64,000 bases of DNA from Schizochytrium sp. TIO01 (GCA_004764695.1 SMSO01000037.1:596747-660746); one strand, 5' to 3'; counted from the first letter of the stretch, positions 1 through 12,500 are shown. The notes: generated by a model from the sequence alone, not told the origin. Numbers and translations: made by a program.

Positions 1-1015
1 CTCTTTCCAATTCCTTCTAGCTGCCTAGTACCTTCTACCGGAACAGCTATCTAGCTAGCTTCATAGACCTCTAGAGATAGATAGATAGCTAGCTAAGTCT
101 GCTGAGTGGTTGGTTTCTGACTTAGTAATTGGTCTGCAGACAATGCTTCGTTTGCTGTTTGTTTCTTCGCTTTGGCGGCCTCGACTCGGTCAGGCTCGCA
201 GGAGAGGGGTCGAGGAAGGCCTTCCGCACGGAGGTCGCTCCGTCTCTCTCTGGCCTCCCCGCGGAAGCCGGAGAACGCTCGGAAGCGTGCTCCGTGGAGG
301 CACGGGCTCGTTTGGGCCAGCTCGTTCGCACTCTGTTGTAATGAATGAATGAATAAATGCATCGAATGAAGTGATTTTGGAGTTTTATTTTGACAGTAGG
401 AACTTTAGGTTCATCTTTAGTTTGGTTTGGAAAATAAACAAAGCGAATTGCGTTGTTGCGTAAACGCCGTAGTGAAGGGTAGGTGTTTAGTACGCAGTTT
501 ACAGGTCTGGTACTTACTTTTAAATTAGTAAAATGGAAACAATAACACCTGCGAGTGCTACTTAGGCGCTACTGATAATAATACGACGTATTTTCTTCTT
601 CTATTAGAGTTATGATGCTTAAATAAATATGTTTTTGTTCAAAGTCGTGTCTTTTTATTTCTTCTTAGGTATGGCGAAAGGTTGCAGTTATATAGGTGTT
701 TCCTAACTAAATATGTAATTATAAAACTCTCTTCTGCTGTTGAAAACGCATTTTTTAAATTCATTTAGGTCGACGTATCATGCATGTGTGGTACCTACTG
801 CTGCATATGTAGGTTCTATGATGGATCACAATACAATAGAAAACGAAGAAATAAAAGTTGGTAGGAGTGGCTAGATGTTGACTACGAAGGCAGTGTCGTC
901 TGATTCACAGAGAGATCGCACTGCTGTTAATTCTACATGAGATGTTCTCGCTGTTGTTCCAAAGAAAGAAAGAAACAAAAAGAAAGAACAGAACTGATCG
1001 ATCAAGTAATACATG

Positions 1016-1150
1016 CATACATACATACATACATACATACATACATACATACATACATACATACATACATACATACATACATACATACATACATACATAC
1101 ATACATACATACATACATACATACATACATACAGACATACAGACATACAG
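1016..1150. repeat. (ATAC)n tetranucleotide microsatellite
   Basis: About 30 perfect CATA units, decaying into AGACATAC units. Explains the spurious MYVC/HTYI ORFs. Confidence 0.98.
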
Positions 1151-3577
1151 GCATTCATCTACAGTAGATTGCGGCATTAATATAGAGATCAACATTCATT
1201 CACGTTGGCGATTGCTCCGTCGCCATTTTGCCAACTCAATGCGGATTATACTTATTCTCTCGAAGCCGTGCTTCGGTTTCTGCAACAAATCCTTCGTGAG
1301 GTGAGTGAGTGAGTGGGTGAGCGAGCGGATGAGTCCGAAAAGTCCTCAGGGACCCACCCACTCAGGTCGGGAGAAAAGACATAAACTCTCTTTTTTTCTG
1401 TGGATTCGCCAACTCCCACTGTTCCTCAATTCCGCGAATAGAACAGCAGCAAAGAGAACAAAAGCCGAGCCGGAGTGCTCAATAGCTAGCTGAGGACTTT
1501 AGGTCCCACACACAGAAATTGAATGCACCGATCGGAGGAGAGATTCCATCATGATTGCTTCAAATTCGAAGTTGGAGACGATGGACTCTGTATGCATATA
1601 CGATTTGGAGGACGAGAATAAGCTTTCGGTCAAGCTTTAGATGGATGGGTGGATGGATGGATGGCTGATTGATTCTTTGGTTTGGTTCTGAGAAGTAAAG
1701 AGACTATTTTGGAAAGCTTTTTTTTTTTTAAATTTAATTTAATTTGAACATGCGACTATATATCATGGTAAGTTTAGAATAGATACAAGTTGATGTAATT
1801 TTCACCTTTTAGTTTAAAACGTACTCAGAAGTAAGGTTTTGAGGCTTTTTCTTCTGTAGATTTGGATATGAGGAGGTACAAGCTTAGGAAAAAGCATTCA
1901 TACACTGCCTCTAAGAATCCCAGTGGAGAGAGTTGCATTTCTAAACGGACCCCTCTCAATGCTTTCAGAGGAAAGCACAGGAGGAAGTACCTCGTTGGTT
2001 TTCAAGCCGGCGTGGGCAGCAAACTTCCTCCACAGTCAACACAAGGGCGATTTCCGCATTGTGCGGAGTGACTCTTATTGTTTAAAATAGTACCCCCTAC
2101 TAGACCGACTCCGTCGCGTTCCTTCTTTGCTAATTTGGTATCATGATCCACATTATGGCTCATGAAACGTTCTTTGCTGTTGGAAATTAGCAACGCATGC
2201 GAGGAGGTAGAAGTTTCACTGTGAGGAGAGGGTTTGTTTTGGGGAACTGACAGGTCATGAAAGCCGACTGAAAAAGGACTGGTAGTAGTGCTACTATTTA
2301 GATTAGTCACTGCACCGTAGGAATGCCTTTTATTTTTCTTCATTTTTCTTTATTTTTTCTCCCTACTCCACCATACTAAAGCGAGAGAGAAAGAGGCGGA
2401 AAAAATTGCTGTGCTATAGAAAGCTCTTCCCAGTCCCGGGCGAAAAGAAGGAGGATCACAAAGCCTCTCTGCCCTTCGGCACCTCTAATAAGTTTCGTGA
2501 AGAAGCTTTTCTATTTCTCTAAAAAGAGTCAGTTAAGCTTGGCCGAAGAAAGCTCTGAGAAGCTTGGAAATCAGAAGGAAACCAAAGGACAGAGCAGCTC
2601 CCTTCGACTCTCTCCTCCCCTCTCTCTATCACACAGCAAGTCTGCTGCCTCCTAGCAGTAACTGTAGTACACCCAATAGCGCACTTCCCACCTCCGCTTG
2701 CCAGTAGTTCTTTATGTTTTAATTGAGAACTTTGCTTCGAAGAGTTTGTTTTAAGCATGGATATACAAATAATTGAAATGGAAACAGAGATGCGCCCAAT
2801 TGTACAAAGGATGTTGGTTGGAGTGCCTTCTATGCGCAGGTGCTCACTCATCTTTGCGGCCTCACTGAAGGCCAATATCGAGAAACAGTGGGTGTTGAGG
2901 AGATATTTGGGATGTTGCGATGGATTCCCTGTGCTTTTGAGATGAAGATGGAGTGCGGTTCTACTCTTGAGACAGGAAAACATCAATTAGTTTAGATGGT
3001 GTTGGAAAACAAATGTTTAAAAGAAAAATAATTATTAAATAGAAGTTTTTTTTTAATTTTATTTTTTTAATAAGACTCGAAAGGAACATTGGAAGAAAAT
3101 AAAACTTCTGCTTCTTGTCTGGAAATGTGAAGGTACCGATAAATTAAAATCAAAATGAATAAATGAATAAATGAATAAAAAAGTGCATCAGGATCAATAT
3201 TTAGTAATCAACTTTCCAATTATTATGAACAGAAATGGAGAATGAAAGAACCAAGAAAAGAACAAAAAAGGACTTAAGTGAGGGAGAGAAAGCAAATGCA
3301 AAAGCTAATTCTGACGCCTGCGGAATCCACTTTCGAGATACCCCCGCTTCGCCGTCGCCGCCGCGTCCGGGGTCTTGGCAGTAGGAGCAGACAGCGCTCT
3401 CCGCCCGGCGGTCCGGCTCAGTCGATTCGGCGCGTGAAGACCGCTTGCTCGCTAGCTCGCTCGCACGTGCCGTCTGCCGGTCGTGCGCCATTGGCATCAG
3501 CGGCTGAAAATTTGAAAAGCGGAAAGAAATAGTCGAAAGTTTATGAAAACAAAACAAAAAAGTTAGAAGAAGAAGAA

Positions 3578-3610
3578 AGAAACAGAAACAGAAACAGAAA
3601 CAGAAACAGA
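3578..3610. repeat. (AGAAAC)n hexanucleotide microsatellite
   Basis: Five to six tandem AGAAAC units. Confidence 0.9.
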
Positions 3611-4043
3611 ACAGGTAAAACCAAATTGCTTTCGTCGTCGATTGTGCAGACGAAGGCAAAGACCAAAATCGTGGCTGCCCCTAGGCAGAGTGCGCGGCAG
3701 CAATATCAGCTGCTTGCGGTGGACCTGCTGACTGAAGGATTTGGCGTCTCAACTCCCCGGGTTGCACGAGACACAGCGAAACAAGCCCTGGGCCTGTCTG
3801 TTTAGCCTTTGTGCGCACACAAACTTGAGCTTTTCCCACGCCGAGACATTGGTATTTTTCTTCGGAGTGCCTCTACTCGAAGACGCAGATCGTTGCCAGC
3901 GAGTTGCCGCGCACCACATTTGTACAGTTCAGGCGTTTCAGTTGCAAGACCGTGCTCGCGCGTTTGTGAATTCATTTTCTGGGAGTTGACTTGGTTAAGC
4001 AGAACAAAACTAAACATAGTTCGGGAGAACAAAGTCTGGCAAA

Positions 4044-6563
4044 ATGACCACGTTGGTGTGGCGCCGCATCGCACAAGCGGCACTTTGTGCATTGGCTTTT
4101 GCTAGTCTTGGCCAAACCACCACTGCAGATGACACTGTTGCGGAATCTTGCGATATTGACGTGTACGGTGTCTTTGACAACAGTGGATCCATGACTGATT
4201 ATGACTCAACTTGCCTGGCGTACCTGCAAGAAACCTATGGAGAGAGTGCCTATACAGTCGAGAACAAAGCATGCTGGGAAGTTATTCAGATCTACATGAA
4301 GGCAGCTTACAAGGCTGTTGAGGACGTTTGCCTCAATGCTGGACAAGGTGTTCCTCGGATCAGCCTTACAATCTTTCGATGCCCCAATTCTGGCAAAGAC
4401 CGTAAGCTTTTGCTTGAGCCTACAAATAACGCTACTCTCATCGATGAGGCATGGGTAAAACTTGCGAACCAACAAATGAGTGGCTACTCTTGTGCATATG
4501 GTGCTCTTGACCAGGTTCAGTATTACATTAACATCACAAACGAGATGACCAACTCAGATTTGGGCGTGCCTGCCACCCGTGCCGACCCGGATGCTCTTGT
4601 CGAGCGTTACCCTCTCATCTTCATCTTTACAGATGGTCTGATTGGCAATGATGCTGATGCGTCTCGCGCAATAGCTGCTCAGCTCCGTGATAATGAGAAT
4701 AACACTGTGATTGCTTCTGACGCCTTTCCGACCAGCAAGATGATCTCTAGATTGGAAAACTACGCTCGTTCAAGCCTCATTTTTGAGTCACAAGACCTTG
4801 ATACTCTCAATGATATCGACTTCCGTCTTGGGACTTACATTGTTCATCTCGAGGACCTCGTTATGTGCTCAGATGAGCAACTGAACTGCGCCGAGGTTGT
4901 CAAGGAAGCCATTTCCCTCCAACGTAATGAATCTGCTTCATGCGAGACCATGAGTCAGCTCTACACATCCCTTGCCGCTTGCGCCTCAAGCGGCTGTGTT
5001 GGCTTAGACCTTACAACCCAAAAGGACGAGTGCCTCGATGACCTTGCATCTCAAAGCTCCAGTGACTCTTCTTGCACACCCACGAAGGCTTGCAGGGACC
5101 TCGCGCTTCATATTAATGCGCAGAACTATGACTACGAGAGTGCACCTGGCGCAGGCCTTGACTCGACCTCTGCCACCCCCTCTTTTGGATCCCGAAACGC
5201 TGATGCTAGTAGTGAGGCTTCTCTTGGGTCAAATGTTCAACTTGATGCAGTCTTTTCCATCTCCAGCTACTCTGGTGGAAATAGCGCACCCATTGTTGGT
5301 AACACCGGCAACATCATTGTCGGCTCTGTCGCTATGCCAGATGGAACTGCAGGCCGCGTTATGAGCATTGATCCCACTTCTGGCGAAGTTGCCTGGGAAG
5401 TCACAGCAATGTCGTCTGAGGTAAGTTTCGAGGCGCCCGCCGTTGTAGGCCCTTCGGACTCGGATGATGTTTACATTGGTGCTTCCGATGGTACTTTCTA
5501 CCGCATTTCAGAGAGCAATGGAACCATTCTTCAGTCCTGGAATCTAGGTGCCCGCATCCGCGCAGCAGCAGCTGTTCCTGCTGATGATGATTACATTGTC
5601 GTTGCTACTGATGCCGAGCCGGGTGTCCAGCCTGCCATGTTGCATAAACTTAGCACCGCCAGTGATGCTCTGGAGCAAGACCCCCCTCAGTCTTGGCGCC
5701 GCCCTATCTGCTCTAATGAGACATATGACTACGTCATGGGTGGTGTTCACATTATCAGCAGTCAATCAATCATTGTTCCTTGCCATAGTGGTCGCATTGA
5801 GCGTTTTTCCTATCTTCAAGGCACGACTGAATGGAAGATCACCGTGAGCAGTGATTCTGTTCTATCAAGTTCGCCTTATTTCGCCTCAAGCGCTCTCTAC
5901 ATGACGACATACAATGGAACCTCATATGTAGCCAAACTGGCTTATCTTGGGTCCATCACCTGGAGTACTGACCTTACTTCTGAGGTGGCTGCTACACCTA
6001 TCATGAACTCCGACTCTGGAAGCATTTTCCTTTTGGACCGCACTGGCGCAGTCTCTCAACTCAACGCAACAGACGGTTCAGTAATTGTTGATGCACAAAC
6101 CATCTTTTCAGAGGCCCCTCTGTCGACTTTTGGGATGGGTCCCGATAGTGACGGAAATCTTATCTTTGTTGCTGGCGAGACCCTTACTATCGCGAACGCA
6201 AACGATCTTTCTAACTCAACAGCCATGGAACTTTCTAGCAAAGTTACAAGCGCACCTTTACTTGGGGAGGACGGATTGTATTTGAGTACGAATGATGCTG
6301 TGCTTGTCTATCTAGAATCTGGATCATCAGCAGCAACACGCAGAGCTCTCGTCAAAAATGCCAACAGCGACAGTCAAGGGTGGCCCGTCGGTGCAATTGC
6401 AGCTACGGTTGTGCTTGGTGTTGTCTTTATTGTTTTGTGTGTCATGCTTGCCCTTGTCGTCCGCCGTGCAAGAGTGCAACGTGCATCAAACAAATCCAAA
6501 GAAGGAGAGAAGGATAAGTTTGAGGGCTATTATAACAACGAGGTGGAGTACATCAACAAGTAA
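4044..6563 (+). CDS. Type I membrane protein: signal peptide, vWA domain, Cys-rich linker, PQQ/BamB-like beta-propeller, TM helix, short cytoplasmic tail
   Basis: 839 aa ORF. Hydrophobic N-terminal signal. MIDAS DxSxS motif (GVFDNSGSM) and LIFIFTDG. Propeller-type repeats (SIDPTSGEVAW, VYIGASDGTFYRIS..NGTILQSW, QLNATDGSV). TM VGAIAATVVLGVVFIVLCVMLALVV followed by RRAR. Confidence 0.85.
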   Translation: MTTLVWRRIAQAALCALAFASLGQTTTADDTVAESCDIDVYGVFDNSGSMTDYDSTCLAYLQETYGESAYTVENKACWEVIQIYMKAAYKAVEDVCLNAGQGVPRISLTIFRCPNSGKDRKLLLEPTNNATLIDEAWVKLANQQMSGYSCAYGALDQVQYYINITNEMTNSDLGVPATRADPDALVERYPLIFIFTDGLIGNDADASRAIAAQLRDNENNTVIASDAFPTSKMISRLENYARSSLIFESQDLDTLNDIDFRLGTYIVHLEDLVMCSDEQLNCAEVVKEAISLQRNESASCETMSQLYTSLAACASSGCVGLDLTTQKDECLDDLASQSSSDSSCTPTKACRDLALHINAQNYDYESAPGAGLDSTSATPSFGSRNADASSEASLGSNVQLDAVFSISSYSGGNSAPIVGNTGNIIVGSVAMPDGTAGRVMSIDPTSGEVAWEVTAMSSEVSFEAPAVVGPSDSDDVYIGASDGTFYRISESNGTILQSWNLGARIRAAAAVPADDDYIVVATDAEPGVQPAMLHKLSTASDALEQDPPQSWRRPICSNETYDYVMGGVHIISSQSIIVPCHSGRIERFSYLQGTTEWKITVSSDSVLSSSPYFASSALYMTTYNGTSYVAKLAYLGSITWSTDLTSEVAATPIMNSDSGSIFLLDRTGAVSQLNATDGSVIVDAQTIFSEAPLSTFGMGPDSDGNLIFVAGETLTIANANDLSNSTAMELSSKVTSAPLLGEDGLYLSTNDAVLVYLESGSSAATRRALVKNANSDSQGWPVGAIAATVVLGVVFIVLCVMLALVVRRARVQRASNKSKEGEKDKFEGYYNNEVEYINK

Positions 6564-6978
6564 AAACTTGAAAGATGCACTAAGTACTATTTCGTAATTT
6601 CTTCTTCTGCACACACATGGATTCGTGAGCGCTTCAGCTTGCTCTCTGATACTGCCGTCATTTTTTGCTGCAATGAAAATAAACCACAAACTATAAAAGC
6701 TTCAAGATAATGGCAACTGCACTAAAACAATACATATATTTTATATTATCATATTTCAGAAATATTGCTTTTGAGAAACCCTTGTTAGGGTTCTCAAAAA
6801 AAATGGTGCCTCCCCGCTTGCATTCTACAAGACATAAATTAATATATCACGTATCCCACTTACTATATTTCTTCTGAGAATTTTGGCGTTGAGAACTTTT
6901 TTTGGAGACCATTGATTTTGTTTGTTGGAAGTAATAACTGGGTCTCTCTTGAAACAAGGTTGGATGTATAATTCAATT

Positions 6979-7815
6979 TTACTTTCGCATACTCCGTGCA
7001 GACTTTGGACGTGCTTGGTTGGAAGAAATACTTCGGCGACTTGAATGAGCTGTAGAAGGACGTTTTGATGCTGTGTACAAACCCTGTCCTAGCCTACAAG
7101 CTGGAGTATTTTTGACTGCAGAAGTAGATGCCGAGGCAACCTGAGTGTGATGTACAACTTTTTCTTCTTCTTCTTCAAGGACTGAAGCTTTCAAAGAGTA
7201 ACCGTCCTTCATTTTGGCATAGCTGTGGCTGGGCTCCACAGTCAAAGAGTTGATGTGTTTGTCAAACTGAGGTGCCATTTCTTTTGCAGAATGAAGCGCA
7301 GGCAGTGCCTTTGGTGATTTCAGAGCTCTGCTATTTCGAGGATGAAAATGAGGGAGCATAGCGTAGTGCCTAGGCGATGCAGGTATCTCGGAGCGAGGAT
7401 CCAACGCATCAATCATAAGCTGATCAAGATGATTGACTACCTTCTTCTCTGTCATCAAGTGAGCATCACGTTTTGCTGTGTTTCTTTTACTTTGATTGAG
7501 ACGTTGGCGGCTTGCTTTTGAAGATACTGAAGTGTGAGAAAACCTCGGTTTGGCTTTCTTGATATTGAAGCTAGGACAAGAAGAAGTTTCGCGCCTGCTT
7601 TCAAGCCACGGCAACTCGATTTGCTGATCAAGACGAAGCACACATCTTACCCCAGAGTGCACTGCAATATCCTCGAGTCTTACTTTGGCATCCTTTACTG
7701 CTTTTACAAGGCGTTCCAAAGAGAGTTGCGACTCTGCAGTTCCAATAGTGGATAAGTGGTCCCGAAATAATGCCGCAAGCTCCTCACGAGCTGTTTCCTC
7801 AGGAGTGATATCCAT
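6979..7815 (-). CDS. Hypothetical protein with basic Ser-rich tail (RPSTA/RPKSA motifs)
   Basis: 278 aa ATG ORF with protein-like composition, divergent from Fpg. No family recognised. Confidence 0.65.
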   Translation of the reverse strand: MDITPEETAREELAALFRDHLSTIGTAESQLSLERLVKAVKDAKVRLEDIAVHSGVRCVLRLDQQIELPWLESRRETSSCPSFNIKKAKPRFSHTSVSSKASRQRLNQSKRNTAKRDAHLMTEKKVVNHLDQLMIDALDPRSEIPASPRHYAMLPHFHPRNSRALKSPKALPALHSAKEMAPQFDKHINSLTVEPSHSYAKMKDGYSLKASVLEEEEEKVVHHTQVASASTSAVKNTPACRLGQGLYTASKRPSTAHSSRRSISSNQARPKSARSMRK

Positions 7816-8226
7816 TCTCTGCGCATCGTTTTGTGTCCATACAGCATTTCATGCCGCGAAGGGTCTCTTTAGCAAAACTCAAGCATTAAAATCTGCAAAT
7901 ACAATCTAACTTTATGGTGTGTATTCCTGAGAACGCTTAATGGAAATTTTGTAGTGAAAACTCGCAGAACAGAGCCAGAACCCACAGAGAACCGACTTTT
8001 AAATAGCCCATGTTTTGCTATAGGTATATAGTATGTCTTCAGATATCTGAAGCTTTCAGCATTTCCTTCCGTATATCATCAAAATTTGGAGCCCCTCCAT
8101 CACCAAAACCTCAACCAAGATAACCACTTGTGAAGCACTGTAGATCCACGTTTTATGTATCTATTTGGTCTGTCACAAATAGGTAACAACGTGGGTGGGA
8201 AAGTCTTTCACAGTGTTTGACGCAAG

Positions 8227-9408
8227 ATGCCGGAGCTTGCCGAGGTAGAGTACTCGCGTTCTGTGCTTGAGACTCACGTGCAGGGCAAACGCATAGTGGA
8301 GGTGCTGACGCTTGAAAGTGGTGGCGGTCCTCGAGATGGGCAATTTGACGACAAAGTCTTCGAGTCCTCCTCGATCAAAGATGGAGAAGCTTTCGAAAAG
8401 GCCATGAAAAACATGTGGTGTGCCAAAGTTTTGCGTAAAGGCAAACAACTCTGGTGGGAGATGGAATGCGAGAATAATGGCAAACGTGAGGTTGCTTCAT
8501 TGCATCCTTTGTTTCATTTTCGAATGACTGGGTCATTTATTATTAAAGGAGTTGCATCTAATGGCTACAAAAGTTTTAAAGTTTACGATGAGGAGTGGCC
8601 TCCAAAGTTCACGAAATGCGAGTTTGTTCTTCATGACGGAACACGGGTGGCGTTTACGAACCAACGTCGCTTTGGTAGAATCTGTCTACGTGCAGATCCA
8701 CTCAACGAGGAGCCAATCTCAAGACTTGCACCAGATCCCTTAACAGACATGCCATCCCTGACAGATTTTACTGCGGCACTGAAGGCGTCAAAGCTCAGTA
8801 TCAAGGCTCTCCTGCTGGACCAGGAGCGTGTCGTATGCGGTGTAGGGAATTGGATTGTTGATGAAGTTGCTTTTCAGTCCCGTCTTCATCCAGAGCGTGT
8901 GGCAAACTCTTTGAGCGACGAAGAAATTACGACTGTTCACAAATCTATTCAGGATATCTGTTCAATTGCCTGCACTGCTCTTAAGGAACGCAAAGAGTTT
9001 CCAGAGGATTGGCTGTTTCACAAAAGGTGGAATAAAGGAAAAGGAATCAAAGACACAATTATGGGCCACCCTATAATATACATCACTGTCGGAGGTAGAA
9101 CTTCGGCGGTTGTTCCCGATCTACAGAAAAAAATTAAGGTGGCAGGGAAGATTAAAGAGGAGGTCTCAGCTGCATCAAATGAGGATGAAGCGAAGCAAGG
9201 TGAGACTTGTGTTGAGACTGCAACGCGACCAAAGCGAAAATCTTGCACTGCCACTTCTAAAAAAGAAAAGCAAGAATCTAGTGAACACATTAAAGACGTT
9301 GATGTGCCATCTTCAAGAAGAACTCGCTCACGATCAGCAATAAAACGAGTGAAAGCAGAAGCTTCTGAAGCACCTCGTTCGACGCGGTCTACTCGCAAAA
9401 CTAAATAG
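8227..9408 (+). CDS. FPG: Formamidopyrimidine-DNA glycosylase (plant/fungal-type Fpg, no zinc finger) with basic disordered tail
   Basis: Catalytic N-terminus MPELAEVE, RKGKQLW, HFRMTG, RRFGRI, H2TH region (KALLLDQ..VCGVGNWIVDEV), and the zincless finger GGRTSAVVPDLQ. Confidence 0.95.
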   Translation: MPELAEVEYSRSVLETHVQGKRIVEVLTLESGGGPRDGQFDDKVFESSSIKDGEAFEKAMKNMWCAKVLRKGKQLWWEMECENNGKREVASLHPLFHFRMTGSFIIKGVASNGYKSFKVYDEEWPPKFTKCEFVLHDGTRVAFTNQRRFGRICLRADPLNEEPISRLAPDPLTDMPSLTDFTAALKASKLSIKALLLDQERVVCGVGNWIVDEVAFQSRLHPERVANSLSDEEITTVHKSIQDICSIACTALKERKEFPEDWLFHKRWNKGKGIKDTIMGHPIIYITVGGRTSAVVPDLQKKIKVAGKIKEEVSAASNEDEAKQGETCVETATRPKRKSCTATSKKEKQESSEHIKDVDVPSSRRTRSRSAIKRVKAEASEAPRSTRSTRKTK

Positions 9409-9542
9409 CATCGTACAGATATAACGATCTTGATTTTTGGCCTTTGATTGGCTGAGAGGAAGTGCAAATTGTATTGAAGTTTACTACAGAATAAAAATTA
9501 CTACTTATTTTACATGCCGAATCGAAGCTCGACTTTTCTATA

Positions 9543-12500
9543 TTATTGTAAAGAACAACATCCTTTTGGTTTGTGTTGCTTAGATACAGCAGGCTTCCCT
9601 TTAGGGCCAAGTTTTGCAGACCCCCCTGGGCCTGCAGATTTTGAAATGTCAACAGATGAATCCATTACTATTTCTTGCTGGTCTTTTCTAGCTTGCTGCT
9701 CAGCTAAATCGGGCTGCAGTGGCTGTTGCTGCGGCAGCGGCTGTTGCTTTTGCTTTTGTTGTTGCACATCGCTAGAACCTGAATCTTGCTGCCGATGATG
9801 TGGAAAAGGGTGATGGTGGTGATGGTGTTTCTGTTTTTCATGTGCTGAGGCTTGGTCCGGATGAGATTCTACAGCCCCTTGATCAGGTGGAACGGAATTA
9901 CTAGATTGTTGAAGTGCTTTCGCATCTGCTGCGCGCGATTTTTTATCTGACCATTCTTGACCAAGGAGCTGAATCGAACCACGAATCACACCTTCTTGTC
10001 GACCATAGAGAAGAATGGGTGTGGCAAAATCAATAGCCTTCGTAGCAATCTTCGTATAAGGCGTAGATGATTCTTTGGCTTCAGCAAGACGTTCGTACTC
10101 GTCAGCGAGAGGCCCCATCCCAAGGTTAGCTTGACCAAGGCTATGTTCACGTGCGACGTTGTCAAGGTCCCAAACTGCAAACACAAGGTGACAGCGACGC
10201 ATCATGCTTGCTTTCGTAAAACTGGCGGGACAAGGAACATCAGGCACATCTTCATCTTTCCAGTCAGCACAAAGGCGATGTTTCAGAACTGGTGTTTGAG
10301 CCGCACCACGACGTGGATTGTAACCAAATTGCTTTCGAGTGTAAAGATTGGGAGAGCAAAAGACAATAAAAGGTGAGGCTTGACCGTCATAGTCTCGTGA
10401 GGACAAGTTCCGCACCTTTAGGTTGGTAATTCGAATTCGCATCCCGCCAGGCAATATAGGTTCTCCAGCGGTCTCACCCATACTGAACGCGCGGACGTTT
10501 TTAAGAGCTTTGAAATCAACACCACTCGGAAGTAAAGCTTCCATAGTTTCTCCTAGCGATGTTTTGCGTTGATGTCTGAGAAGTGGTGACGGTGGAGGCG
10601 GAATTGGCGCTGCCGGGCTACTATGCAGGCGATGGTGACCAAACCGTTCACTTGGTGCCTCGGAGGGATGATGATGATGCTGTGACGAAGGCGGGAGATA
10701 TTGTGTTCCCTTGTCATGGTCTCCTGTGTTTGATTTTTGCAAGGGAGATGGTGCCTTCTGCGGTTTATGAAGAGGTGAAGGAAGCATCAAGGGAGGGGGC
10801 GACGGCAAGCTTGGGGGTCGATCTGGGCCGTCTTCAAAGGCCTCTCCAGAACTTCCAGGCACTGGTGTATATAAAAAATTTGTATCAGGTACGTTGGGGT
10901 GAGGTTCTCGTATTTTCATAACAAACTCTGAGACAACAGGCTTATGATCAGAGGTAGTGACATCCATGCAAGCCTCAAGCCGAAGCTGTTTGATGCGGTC
11001 GCGCACACCTGGCAAGGAATGCCAAAGAATTCTATCGCAATAAGACGGGCAGCGCTGGAAAACATATGCTGCAAACATTTTAGATCGAACAACTTTAAAG
11101 GTAGGTGCAAAGTTATAATCACCTTCTTGAAAAGAGGTCAATACGCGGCGTTGCTTCATTTGGGCTCGAAGCTGGTCCGCCTCGAACAGAGTTTTCCAAT
11201 CCTTTTTATAAATAAGCTCGCAAACCTGGTTCCACTCCTCCATGGAACAATCTGTGCGACGCGTAATTGAGGTTTGCATCTGTGGCCGGTCGCCAGCCTC
11301 GGCACCAATTAGATCAGCTTTAATTTCAATAACGGCTTCGCCAGATTCCGAAGCCTTAAGAGTTGACCCATCTTCACTGTCGTAATCATCGTCATATGCT
11401 TCTGAAGAAGCGTAGCGTGACATGCCAGCTGTTTGCCCGTTTATAGGCCCCGTAGAAGGGCTCATTTTCACTTGCGAGGTATCAGTTGACAGTCGTTTTA
11501 CTGTCTTGACAGGCTCTGGTCCAAGCCCTGCTAGAGAGAGGTCAATGCGGTAGTTTAGGTCACCCATAAGGAAGAGGTGGTCTAAGACAGAAGTCAAATT
11601 GTACTTTCTACTGGAAAGTTTACGATCAAAGGACATAAAAATTTCAGCCAAATCGTTGTTCCGCGCTCGAACGTATCGAGACTTACGATGTGCTGCCAGG
11701 TGACAGCTGATCCAGCCAAGACGAGTCCCATAGATAGCAAAACTTGCGGCCACGCCACCCTTGTTAGCACCGATACCCCCGACACCAGTGGCTTCCGAAG
11801 CATATTGTACATCTGAGATAGCGTGCAAGTGCATCTTTTTGGCAAAAACAAAAAGACGCATCTGAGCAAGCTCTGACTCGCGCACCAAGGCCCAGTCAGA
11901 ACCAATATGGTTTAATACAAGACTGCTCACGTGTACTCCAACATTTGATGTGATGGTCTTTTTGAGTCCGTTCTCAAACTTTAGACGGTAATACAAGGTG
12001 TATGCTCCAAGCCGATTGTGTTTGTGGTTTTCAGTTAAAACACCACTATTAAACCTTGCGCGTGCGCCAACTTTCTCAAGCTCAAGCCGCGTGAGCTTCT
12101 TCCGTATTTGGCCGTTCGTGACAACTTTTTTCATTTCTGATGTCAACTCATACTCGCATTCTTGAAGTCCTATCACAAGAATGTCATTGTCACCACCATT
12201 CTCGGGAATCCAGCGATCGAGTTCTTCAGGGTCTGGAGCACGGTTACCAACGTTCCATGTCGCGTTGAAAACGCGGATCATTTTACTTTCATGAAACTGT
12301 TGGCGATCTTCTAAAATTTTGGATAGCTCGACCTTCATCTCTTTGATTCGCACCAAGTACTCTTTGCATCGGCGTAATAACGACGTACGCTTGGCATCGA
12401 GTTCCACACGACCAGAAACAACTTCTGCAAGGTTTACGGTAAGGATCTTCTCACTTGCAAGTTCGTTCAACGCCAGGTCAAGAGTTTCGAGTTGTTTCTG

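Noticed and set aside
871-1304. ORFs with MYVC/HTYI repeats
   Set aside because: They are translations of the (ATAC)n microsatellite.
8512-8532. Fpg HFRMTG instead of HxGMTG as a possible inactivating change
   Set aside because: HLRM-type variants occur in functional MutM proteins, and the catalytic P2/E3 residues are intact.
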